Source of the DNA: an uncultured bacterium
GTDB lineage: Bacteria; Krumholzibacteriota; Krumholzibacteriia; LZORAL124-64-63
Reading direction: 5' to 3'
Assembly (NCBI GenBank): GCA_963727525.1
Contig: CAVSGO010000005.1
Coordinates: forward strand, 756,262 to 820,261
Length of the DNA: 64,000 nucleotides
The notes under the pieces are model-generated. The model was not told the DNA's origin and made no database searches. It saw only the letters and a list, made by a program, of their open reading frames with translations. Below, piece by piece: positions 1 to 8,619 of this stretch (the stretch's first letter is position 1; each line of letters opens with the position of its first letter). The position numbers were made by a program, and so were the translations under genes.

Positions 1-932
1 AAGCGTGCCTTCACCTGCTTCTCGCGCATGAGGTCGCGCAGGAAGAGGGCGAAGCTCAGCGCTGTGCCGCCGGCACCGGCCTGGAAGCTGAAGCCATTCT
101 GCAGGATGCCGACCTCGTCGACGAAGCGCGCCGTTAGTTCGGCGATGAGCAGGCGGTCGGGCGAGCGGGTGATCTGCGTGGTGCCGGAAACGATCTTGCT
201 GGGATCGCCGATCGAGTCGATCACCACCACCTGGTCGACGTTGTTGCCCTGGATCTGCCAGGGGATGCAGGGGAAGTCGACCAGGTTGTCGGTGACCACG
301 ATGACATGGTCGGCGTAGATCGAGTCGGCCAGCGCGAAGCCCAGCAGGCCGCAGGCGGCCGGGCCGCGATCACCGGTGGCATTGCCGAATGGGTCGGCCG
401 TGGGGGCAGCGATGACGGCGATGTCGATGGACACCTCGCCGTCCTGGATCGCCTGCCAGCGTCCGCCGTGGCTGCGCAGCACACCCATACCGCGCATCTT
501 GCCCCGCGAGGTGTAGTCGCCGAGGGGCCCGTTCATGGACCCTTCGATGTGATGGATCACGCCGCTCTCGAGCAGGTCGATCAACGGCGCGTGGCAGGGG
601 AACGCCGCGCTGGGGAACCAGCGCAGGTCCTTCACGCCCAGGTTGGCGGCGGCCAGGAAGACCTGGTTGACCACCTTGTCGCCGTTGCGCAGGTGGTGGT
701 GGCTGCTGATGGTCATGCCGTCGCGCAGGCCGGCGTTGCGCAGCGCCGTTTCGAGGTCCTTGACCACCTTGTAGCCGTCCTGCGGATAGTCGCAGCACGA
801 GCGGACGGGCGGTGCGGCCTTGCGCCCCTCGGGACGGTGGTGCTGACAGAGACTCCGGAATGGCGTCTGCGGCACCCCATTGATCTCGGCCGGCACCATC
901 CGGCCGGCGGCGTTCTGCACCAGCTTCGTCAT
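1..932 (-). CDS. citF: Citrate lyase alpha subunit (citrate CoA-transferase), 3' end runs off the window
   Basis: My translation from ATG at 932 gives MTKLVQNAAGR...GLRDGMTISSHHHLRNGDKVVN...VLRSHGGRWQAI...APTADPFGNATG...GFSFQAGAGG, which are CitF motifs. The start overlaps the citE stop (ATGA). Not in the ORF track because no stop lies inside the window. Confidence 0.92.
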   Translation of the reverse strand, partial: MTKLVQNAAGRMVPAEINGVPQTPFRSLCQHHRPEGRKAAPPVRSCCDYPQDGYKVVKDLETALRNAGLRDGMTISSHHHLRNGDKVVNQVFLAAANLGVKDLRWFPSAAFPCHAPLIDLLESGVIHHIEGSMNGPLGDYTSRGKMRGMGVLRSHGGRWQAIQDGEVSIDIAVIAAPTADPFGNATGDRGPAACGLLGFALADSIYADHVIVVTDNLVDFPCIPWQIQGNNVDQVVVIDSIGDPSKIVSGTTQITRSPDRLLIAELTARFVDEVGILQNGFSFQAGAGGTALSFALFLRDLMREKQVKAR

Positions 933-2146
933 GCGAGGTCTCCTTCGTCGGCCTGCTCGCGCCAGTCAGCCGGCAACTTGCCCACGAGTACTGCTGTCTC
1001 CACCGTGGCGAGCGCGCGCTTGACCACGGGCGCGTCGATCATCTTGGTGCCCAGGCTCACCACGCCCGAACCGCGCGCCTGCGCTGCCTCGAAGGCGGCG
1101 ACGATGCGCACCGCCTTCTCGATCTCATCGGCAGTGGGCGCGAAGGCGTCGTGCACCACGGCGATCTGCCGCGGATGGAGACAGCCCTTGCCCACGAAGC
1201 CGAGGCCGCGCGCCTCGAGGACCGACTGCCGCAGACCCTCCATGTCACCCACGTCGCTGAACACCGTGTCGATGGGCAGCACGCCGGCCGCGCGGGCGCC
1301 GTTCAGCACCTGCGCGCGGGCCCAGAAGCTCTCGGTGCCAGCATCGGTGCGTGCGGCTCCGATGTCGGCGGTGTAGTCCTCCAGGCCGATGGTCAGGGCC
1401 ACCACGTTCGGATGGGCGACGGCGATGTCGTACGCGCGCCACGCGCCCAGCGCCGACTCGATGATCGGCATGAGCAACACGTCGTTGTCGTGCCTCATGG
1501 CGGCGATGCGCGCGGCGACGTCGCGCACCTGCTGCGGGTCTTCCACCTTGGGAATGAGGATCACGTGCACGTTGTGCGGCACCACCCAGGCGAGGTCATC
1601 GAGGCCGCGCTCGCCCTGGTTGATCCGTACCATGCGCTCGGCGCCGTGGAAGTCGACGGCGCGCAGCGCGTTGCGCACGAGGGTGCGGGCGGCGTCCTTC
1701 TCGGCCGGGGCCACGGAGTCCTCGAGGTCGAGGATCACGCCGTCGGGCCGGTGCAGTCCGGCGTTGACGAAGAGCTTGGGCTGCGTGCCGGGCAGGTAGA
1801 GGCGGCTGCGGCGCAGGCGGTCGCGGCGCGAGGTGTCGACGGGGCGCGCGCACACCGGCAGCAAGAAATTGCGCCCTTCCGCAAGGCCCGCGCGGTGCGC
1901 CGCCGTCTCCAGGCGCGCCGCGAGGGTGAAGGGCAGGGCCCCCTGGTCCTCCACCTCGACGCGGGCGTAGGTGATGCCCAGTGCCGCGCATCCGTCGGTG
2001 ATCAGGGCATGCAGCGAGGCGCCGTACATGTCGGCCACCTTGCTGCAGACCTCGATCCGCAGGTCGTCACCACCAGGTTCCACCGCGATCCAGCAGTCCG
2101 ACCGGACGCTCGCACCGCGGCTGCCGGCCTCGCCTCGTGCCGCCAT
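929..2146 (-). CDS. citE: Fused citrate lyase acyl-carrier protein (CitD-like N-terminus) and citryl-ACP lyase beta subunit (CitE)
   Basis: N-terminus AGSRGASVRSDC...SKVADMYG...VEDQGALPFTLAARLETA resembles CitD. C-terminus RRSRLYLPG...ILDLEDSVA...GKGCLHPRQ...MIDAPV is CitE. A GAGG-like RBS precedes ATG 2146. Confidence 0.88.
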   Translation of the reverse strand: MAARGEAGSRGASVRSDCWIAVEPGGDDLRIEVCSKVADMYGASLHALITDGCAALGITYARVEVEDQGALPFTLAARLETAAHRAGLAEGRNFLLPVCARPVDTSRRDRLRRSRLYLPGTQPKLFVNAGLHRPDGVILDLEDSVAPAEKDAARTLVRNALRAVDFHGAERMVRINQGERGLDDLAWVVPHNVHVILIPKVEDPQQVRDVAARIAAMRHDNDVLLMPIIESALGAWRAYDIAVAHPNVVALTIGLEDYTADIGAARTDAGTESFWARAQVLNGARAAGVLPIDTVFSDVGDMEGLRQSVLEARGLGFVGKGCLHPRQIAVVHDAFAPTADEIEKAVRIVAAFEAAQARGSGVVSLGTKMIDAPVVKRALATVETAVLVGKLPADWREQADEGDLA

Positions 2147-2263
2147 CGCCAACCTCGCTTTGTCCGTCCATGAGCCCGTTTTCCGGGCAGGATAGCACCA
2201 TGATGGTACCCGCCGCCGCCGCAGGCAAGACCGGGCCGCCGGTGCCCCCATCGGGCGCGCGAG

Positions 2264-2440
2264 TTATCCCCATAAGCCACGTCTCGCCGGGGATAAACCT
2301 GCGGCACCCCCGCACCCAAAATGAAAGGAACTCTTGTATTCAATCCGTAGATCAAGAAAACATAACGACTTACCGCATGTGCCAACGTCAAGGAATTGTA
2401 TGGGGACAAACGCGAAAAGCTGGGGATAACTTGGGGAAAA
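2264..2440. promoter_or_regulatory. Cluster of five DnaA-box-like 9-mers
   Basis: TTATCCCCA at 2264-2272 (+). On the - strand: TTATCCCCG 2288-2296, TTGTCCCCA 2401-2409, TTATCCCCA 2421-2429 and TTTTCCCCA 2432-2440. An AT-richer stretch lies between them. Confidence 0.5.
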
Positions 2441-2448
2441 CCGCGTGA

Positions 2449-3432
2449 AGATTCAACGTTTGGTATGGGATGCGCACACTTGCCGTAGATGGAACAAGAT
2501 TGGTTTTACCTAACCATCCGAGCGTTATAGAAGAATTTGGACAACACCATTTTGGACCAAATGCAGACAGTCCGCGTTCATTGGCACTTGGATCAATGCT
2601 CTATGATGTATTAAATCAAATAACGATTGACAGCAAGCTTGCACCATATACTTCCAGCGAAAGAGATTTGCTGATGGAACATTTGGATAGTGTAGAAGCA
2701 GGGAATCTGTTACTGCTCGATAGGGGTTATCCTTGTTTTTGGTTGTTATTTTTATTAAAGGCTAAAGGCATAGAATTTTGTGTACGTTTAAAAGAAGATT
2801 GGTGGCTTAAGGTTAAAAATTTTACAGAAAGCCAGGAGAAGGAACGCATAATAACCTTTACCTTACCAAAAAAGGATCACAATAAACTGGCGGCTTTTCC
2901 GCACATGCTTGATACTGTCATTACCTGCAGGTTGATAAAGGTAGAACTTCCTAATGGGGATAAAGAAATATTATGCACTTCATTAATTGATAAAAAGTAT
3001 GAGTATAAAGAATTTGAACAATTATACCATTACCGGTGGAATGAGGAAGAAGCATATAAGCTGCTGAAAAGCAGAGTTGAAATTGAAAATTTCTCTGGAA
3101 AAACAGCTAAAGCAGTAAAGCAGGATTTTCATGCAAAAGTATTTTTAATGACACTATGTGCAGCTTATGCCCATCCGATAGAAGAAAAAGTTACAGAAGA
3201 ATACAAAGCAGATTTACAGCGTAAACACGGACAGAAAATCAATCGGACAAATGCCATATCAATGACCCAGGATATAATGATTGGGATGATAATAAAAAAG
3301 CAGTTTGTTTTAGCACTGGAGGCATTTGATAAGATAGTTGAAAAAACAAGAGAAGTAATAAGGCCGGGAAGAAATTTTTCTCGAAAGAAAACACCAAAGA
3401 GGCCTTACCATATGAATTACAAACGACTATAG
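2449..3432 (+). CDS. IS4-family DDE transposase, N-terminally truncated
   Basis: Motifs WYGMRTLAVDGT, LLLDRGYP and LYHYRWNEEEAYKLLK (YREK-type). The frame is open back to 2449 and preceded by TGA from the GC-rich segment. Confidence 0.88.
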   Translation, partial: RFNVWYGMRTLAVDGTRLVLPNHPSVIEEFGQHHFGPNADSPRSLALGSMLYDVLNQITIDSKLAPYTSSERDLLMEHLDSVEAGNLLLLDRGYPCFWLLFLLKAKGIEFCVRLKEDWWLKVKNFTESQEKERIITFTLPKKDHNKLAAFPHMLDTVITCRLIKVELPNGDKEILCTSLIDKKYEYKEFEQLYHYRWNEEEAYKLLKSRVEIENFSGKTAKAVKQDFHAKVFLMTLCAAYAHPIEEKVTEEYKADLQRKHGQKINRTNAISMTQDIMIGMIIKKQFVLALEAFDKIVEKTREVIRPGRNFSRKKTPKRPYHMNYKRL

Positions 3433-3456
3433 ATAGCTCTTAACTAAACGACATTG
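2449..3456 (+). mobile_element. IS4-family insertion sequence, left part missing
   Basis: Contains a DDE transposase and ends in CTTAACTAAACGACATTG (3439-3456; reverse complement CAATGTCGTTTAGTTAAG), an IS4-type terminal inverted repeat. No left end is present. Confidence 0.85.
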
Positions 3457-3489
3457 ATTTATAATTTATAATTTGTACTGCGTTGAATC

Positions 3490-3565
3490 AGGTGCAGAGC
3501 ATCATTAATATTTGTAGCATTAATATTTTGATTCCAAATTTTTAGGTGCAGAGCACCGGTAATAT
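3490..3565. repeat. Two direct copies of a REP-like palindromic unit AGGTGCAGAGCA(T/C)C...TAATATT
   Basis: Copies at about 3490-3511 and 3544-3565, immediately outside the IS end. Confidence 0.55.
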
Positions 3566-3906
3566 TAATTTCCATGACTGATAAATCACAGGCAAACTCT
3601 AAACACAAGCCACATACTATTAGCAACAGATTTCCCTGTTCCTTTCATCGAATGACTTGAAATCTTCCGATGAATACAAGCTCGTTCAAAATTACAGGCA
3701 TATTGTTCAGCCGGTCAAACTTTGATCCTTTCTGCCGACAGTCAGGTCCTGAACTCTGCAAGATACAGAGAATAAAACACAAGATATAAGACAAGAGACA
3801 AACTACAAAGCCGGAACCAAAATCCGGAACGACAGAAAGATCTAGGGATAGTGTCATTCAAAAAAAATGTTTTATTTTGCAGCCGATTTAGAACGACCAA
3901 CCATTA

Positions 3907-4728
3907 ATGAGAATTATTGCCACGATATGCATTGTTCTGGGCATCATTTCGTATGCAGGGGCACAGACCGACAGTAAGATAACCGGTTTGTTGTCGGATA
4001 TCCGCATTACAGGCAAGGGCGGCATCTCACAATTAATTACCGAATTTAGCAGCACAGGCCCCATCAATGAATTCAACAACCAGCCTGGTCTGACTTACGG
4101 CATTGAACTCTCCAAACAATTTTCCCGCAAATGGGAAGCCGGAGCCGAATTGCTGGTCAGCATCCTCCGGGGCAAAACAGATGCTCCTGATTTCTCCGCC
4201 ATTGGCCGCCATCCCCTGATGATGGCACCAATTACTGATCCTGTCATCTACCGGAACATGTTTACCAGCAATAAAATATTTCTGCAGTACAACTTAAACT
4301 CCGGTGGAAAAAACGGGCGTTACCTGCCCTTTATAAGAGCAGGCTCCGGATTGCTACCCTACAAATCTGAATTGCGCTACAAAGATAACCGGGAAGATGG
4401 GCTGATTTTCGGGAAAAATGTCGAAGAATTCTCAAAAAGTAAAATGTCCACCGCCGTATATTTTGCCGGTACCGGAATCCGCGCGGCAATCAGCTCACAT
4501 GTGGAACTGAATGCTGTCGTTAATGTTAACCTTGTCAACTACGATTTTCTGGATGTGGTCCATAATTATAATACAGCGGGCGAACGCCGGAAAATAACTG
4601 GCATCTACTCCGACTTCACTATCGGCCTTACATTTCTGCTCAACAACTCAGGCAAATATGTCAAAAAACAGGCAAAACGAAACGGCAAACGCCAACCGGC
4701 CAATCTGCCGTTTTACAGGGGGAGGTAG
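3907..4728 (+). CDS. Outer-membrane beta-barrel family protein (signal peptide, amphipathic strands)
   Basis: N-terminal signal peptide. Strand-like motifs YGIELSKQF, YLPFIRAGSG, DFLDVV and YSDFTIGLTF. Confidence 0.6.
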   Translation: MRIIATICIVLGIISYAGAQTDSKITGLLSDIRITGKGGISQLITEFSSTGPINEFNNQPGLTYGIELSKQFSRKWEAGAELLVSILRGKTDAPDFSAIGRHPLMMAPITDPVIYRNMFTSNKIFLQYNLNSGGKNGRYLPFIRAGSGLLPYKSELRYKDNREDGLIFGKNVEEFSKSKMSTAVYFAGTGIRAAISSHVELNAVVNVNLVNYDFLDVVHNYNTAGERRKITGIYSDFTIGLTFLLNNSGKYVKKQAKRNGKRQPANLPFYRGR

Positions 4729-4729
4729 G

Positions 4730-4925
4730 TATCTTGTGTCTCCTCTTGTCTTTTGTGTCTTATGTCTTATGCCATTTACTGAGGGAATGATTTACTGAAG
4801 GACTGAAGGACTGAAATAAGCACATAGCTTGTGTCTTTAACCCAACCCGTAACCTGTAACCCGAGTCGGCTTCAAATTGGAACCTGGAAGCCGAAGACTT
4901 TAAACTTAAAACTTTGAAATTCTGA
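4730..4925. repeat. Patchwork of short 7/8-mer tandem tracts plus a hairpin between convergent genes
   Basis: Tracts TCTTGTG/TCTTATG, ACTGAAGG, ACCCGTA/ACCTGTA and ACTTTAA/ACTTAAA. Hairpin TCGGCTTC...GAAGCCGA at about 4866-4893. Confidence 0.7.
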
Positions 4926-4926
4926 A

Positions 4927-6069
4927 TTAACTTTCGTATTCTTTTAAATAACAGAAGAAAGTGGTACCCGTTTCGGGTGAGCTGGTCAGGCTAACATGAC
5001 CGCCGTTGCCTTCAATGAGTGTTTTTACTATATACAGACCAATTCCGGAGCCTTCACATTTGTCTGTATTGCGCTGAAATACTCTGAAGATGTCTTTCCA
5101 TTCCTTTTCAGAACCGGTAATACCCATGCCATTATCTTTTACTGTAATGATAATAAATTCGTCCTCCCTTTTGCTTTTAACCTCCACCAACAGTGCCCGG
5201 TCGTTGTGTCTGTATTTTACAGCATTTGAAACTAAATTGAAAAGAATACTGAATATGAACCGCTCGACATAGTGAATATGAGGTGCAGCATCGAAGTTGA
5301 ATGTTATCTTTCCATTTTCCGGAACGGAGATATCCAGTACTTCGTTAACATCGCGCATAATATCGCTCAGGTTTACTTTTACAGCATGAAGATTTTTAGG
5401 TTTTTGAACTTTAATGATCTCAATGAGGCCATCGAGCACTTTTTGCTGCTGTACAATCATCTTTTTTAAATCCTGCAGAATCTCGTCCCTTGATTTCTGT
5501 TCTTCAAGCTGATAAAAATAAGTCAGGGTTTGATGCATGTTTCCCAACGGTCCTTTCAAATCGTGTGCTATAATGTGTAGCAGGTTGTCGCGCAATTCAT
5601 TTAATTTCTTCAATTTAAGGTTTCGGTTGGTCAGGATCAGGTTGGCCTGTCGCAATTCATCTTCGGCGATTACATGCAGGTGGCTGTTAATTGCTGAACC
5701 AACGAATCCCTCGAACCTGCCGGCGTCATTAAATCGTGGTGCTCCCTCCGACTGGTGCCAGATAAATTCATTGTTGTTGTTTTTTAACCTGAAATTAATC
5801 TTAAATGCAATATGATCTTTATTGGCGCCATTGAACATTTTGAAGGTCAGTTGCTGATCATCAGGATGAATAGCCTTCACCCAGTCGAAACCCAAAGCTT
5901 CCTCCGGAAGCTGACCTGTAAATTCGTACCAGTTTTTATTTAAATAAGTGCAGAAACCATCGGACTGAGTAATCCATATTTTTACAGGAGTATGATTTGT
6001 AATAATGTTGTAAAAAGATTCATAATTGCGAAGGTTTTCTTTGGCCTGATGTGTACTTTTTAAGTTCAT
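4927..6069 (-). CDS. PAS-domain sensor histidine kinase (orphan)
   Basis: PAS (WYEFTG...IHPDD), H-box AHDLKGP, N-box NLVSNAVKY, and G boxes DNGMG and GSGIGL. Confidence 0.9.
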   Translation of the reverse strand: MNLKSTHQAKENLRNYESFYNIITNHTPVKIWITQSDGFCTYLNKNWYEFTGQLPEEALGFDWVKAIHPDDQQLTFKMFNGANKDHIAFKINFRLKNNNNEFIWHQSEGAPRFNDAGRFEGFVGSAINSHLHVIAEDELRQANLILTNRNLKLKKLNELRDNLLHIIAHDLKGPLGNMHQTLTYFYQLEEQKSRDEILQDLKKMIVQQQKVLDGLIEIIKVQKPKNLHAVKVNLSDIMRDVNEVLDISVPENGKITFNFDAAPHIHYVERFIFSILFNLVSNAVKYRHNDRALLVEVKSKREDEFIIITVKDNGMGITGSEKEWKDIFRVFQRNTDKCEGSGIGLYIVKTLIEGNGGHVSLTSSPETGTTFFCYLKEYES

Positions 6070-6296
6070 AACAGTAAAAGTTTAAACTGAAAAAAGGCAT
6101 CAAAGAAAAACTGCTTAACAATATATAAGCGGTTGATTGTTAAACTGTTATTTTAACTGAAGATACACAAATTTTTGGTCATTTGCAAATCGCAAAAAGC
6201 GAAGTGCAGGGAATAAAAAATTCCAAACCAGGAGCCTGGAACCTTGACCCGGGAGCTAAGAATCGAAAAAAGCAGGTATAGGGGATATTCGTTTTA

Positions 6297-6578
6297 TTAA
6301 CCGGCATCCATAACTGATTTCTTGAATTCAGCCGCTGGTTTAAAAGAAGGAATATTATGGGCAGGAATGATTATTGTTGAATTCTTTGAAATGTTTCTGG
6401 CAGTTTTTTCTGCCCGATGTTTAATTGCAAACGTACCAAAACCTCTTAAATAAACATTTTCACCATCAGTAAGTGATGATTGTACAGTTTTAATAAATTC
6501 TTCAAGTGTTTTAATTACTGTGTTTTTATCAATGGCGGTTTGGCTTGAAATTTTGTTTACAATGTCTAATTTGGTCAT
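6297..6578 (-). CDS. HU/IHF-family DNA-binding protein
   Basis: MTKLDIV...ENVYLRGFGTF...ARNISKN...PSFKP signature. Confidence 0.92.
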   Translation of the reverse strand: MTKLDIVNKISSQTAIDKNTVIKTLEEFIKTVQSSLTDGENVYLRGFGTFAIKHRAEKTARNISKNSTIIIPAHNIPSFKPAAEFKKSVMDAG

Positions 6579-7029
6579 AGTAATAAATTTTTAACTGGAT
6601 ATTATGAATTTATAAATCAGGGTCAAATATATCTTATAAATTCTAATTTTAAAAACATCGCAGTCGACTTTATTTATATTTTTTTGGAATTTCCAATTTG
6701 AGAGGAAAGAACCGTCTAAATCATTCATTTCATAAATTTGAGTTTTAAGAATTACAGGATTGAGCCAGTTTAGAAAAGTCTGATTTATCATTAACATATA
6801 TAAATGCAAAATTTACGAAGTATAAAGGTACCGGACTATTGAATTTCAATCAACAGTTCAACTCCAATGAGCTTCAATCACCGGTTCCAACCAATTTCAT
6901 CTTTTTCCTCCCTTACTTAAACAAAATATTACTTTAAATCAGCAATTCTGAACTGTAATTTCAGCAATAAGAACATTCTGGAATTTTCTAATATGTCTAA
7001 TTTTGATTTACAATTTATGCAAACAACTA

Positions 7030-7272
7030 ATGCAAGATCCAGATATCAACAAAGCCTTTAACAAACTTGTAAAATCGTGCCCCCACGACAAACCAAACCC
7101 GCAATGCCCGTTTGAAATTTACAGGAATATGAATGAGGAATTTTATGAAATTGCTGAAACCTGTTCGGATGCCAATAAGGAAATTATGCTTAAATACCAC
7201 AAAGTCTGTAACGGCATTCGTTCGAAAAACTGTACTGATTCGATAATTCCGGCTTTGAAGTCGCAGGTTTAG
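7030..7272 (+). CDS. Small Cys-rich hypothetical protein
   Basis: ORF from ATG 7030 containing CPHDKPNPQCPF and HKVC. No family recognised. Confidence 0.5.
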   Translation: MQDPDINKAFNKLVKSCPHDKPNPQCPFEIYRNMNEEFYEIAETCSDANKEIMLKYHKVCNGIRSKNCTDSIIPALKSQV

Positions 7273-7280
7273 GACTCAGA

Positions 7281-7346
7281 GTTTAAAGCCTGTCCGGCTG
7301 AACAGACGGGTTTAAAGCCAGCCCGGCTGAACAGACGGGTTCAAAG
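7281..7346. repeat. Two 29-bp units, each GTTTAAA plus a 22-bp REP-like hairpin
   Basis: 7281-7309 and 7310-7338: GTTTAAAGCC(TGT/AGC)CCGGCTGAACAGACGG, followed by GTTCAAAG. Confidence 0.8.
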
Positions 7347-7358
7347 ATGGATCAATGT

Positions 7359-8180
7359 CACAAGATTAAAGCCACGAGCTACCAGCCATGAGCCTAAAGA
7401 CCAGTAATTCATACCTTCTAAAAATAGTCAAGCATTCAAGAAATTCAAGCATTCAAAAATTAAGCATTCAAGCATTCAAGCATTCTTCAGTCCTTCAGTA
7501 ATTTGCCACAAGACACAAGATTAAAGCCACGAGCTACCAGCCATGAGCCTAAAGACCAGTAATTCATACCTTCTAAAAATAGTCAAGCATTTAAACATTC
7601 AAGAAATTCAAGCATTCAAGAAATTCAAGCATTCAAGCATTCAGCATTCCAGTCCTTCAGTAATTTGCCACAAGACACAAGATTGAAGCCACGAGCTATC
7701 AGCCATGAGCCTAAAGACCAGTAATTCATACCTTCTAAAAATATTCAAGCATTCAAGCATTTAAACATTCAAGAAATTCAAGCATTCAAGCAATTAAGCA
7801 TTCAAGCATTCTTCAGTCCCTCAATCCTTCAGAATTCAGTCCTTCAGTAATTTGCCACAAGACACAAGATTGAAGCCACGAGCTATCAGCCATGAGCCAA
7901 AGACCAGTAATTCATACCTTCTAAAAATATTCAAGCATTCAAGCATTCAAACATTCAAGAAATTCAAGCATTCAAGCAATTAAGCATTCAAGCATTCTTC
8001 AGTCCCTCAATCCTTCAGTCCTTCAGTAATTTGCCACAAGACACAAGATTGAAGCCACGAGCTACCAGCTATAAATCAAACCATCAAAAATATTCAAGCA
8101 TTTAAACATTCAAGAAATTCAAGCATTCAAGCAATTAAGCATTCAAGCATTCTTCAGTCCCTCAATCCTTCAGTCCTTTG
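7359..8180. repeat. Higher-order tandem array of about five 155-187 bp units with nested TTCAAGCA and CCTTCAGT octamers
   Basis: Units start with CACAAGATT at 7359, 7514, 7676, 7863 and 8042. Each has a constant head of about 65 bp (divergent in unit 5) and variable numbers of octamers. Confidence 0.95.
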
Positions 8181-8284
8181 TCCTTTTGGCAAAAACAACT
8201 ATTTAAAAAGGTTTAACGATGTACAAGTGAAATCTTTTTTTTACCTTATACTTATTTAGAACAAATATATTTTACACAAAAGGT

Positions 8285-8521
8285 ATGAAGACAATGACTT
8301 GCAGACAATTGGGAGGGGCATGTGATAAAGAGTTCCATGCAGATACCTTCGGACAAATGGCAAATCTGAGCAAAGCCCACGGTGTTGAAATGTTTCAGAA
8401 AAAAGATGAACCACACATAAAAGCAATGCAGGAAATGCAAAAGTATATGAATTCACCTGATACACTGAATGAATGGTATGATAAAAAAAGAAAAGAATTT
8501 GATGCCCTGCCTGACAATTAA
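8285..8521 (+). CDS. DUF1059-like small metal-binding protein
   Basis: MKTMTCRQLGGACDKEF...HG pattern. Confidence 0.7.
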   Translation: MKTMTCRQLGGACDKEFHADTFGQMANLSKAHGVEMFQKKDEPHIKAMQEMQKYMNSPDTLNEWYDKKRKEFDALPDN

Positions 8522-8619
8522 CCCGGTGAATACAAAAACGGACTCCCCCACTCTTTCAGTAAAATAATAATCCGGAGCTTATCGGTACTGCGCCGAAATA
8601 AATGTAATGAAACAGATAA

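Noticed and set aside
28..2448. Long plus-strand and alternative-frame ORFs (e.g. 306-1376, 1151-2173)
   Set aside because: These are shadow ORFs of GC-rich citF/citE with no recognisable motifs.
7359..8180. CRISPR array
   Set aside because: Units are 155-187 bp, the variable parts are octamer copies rather than unique spacers, and no cas genes are present.
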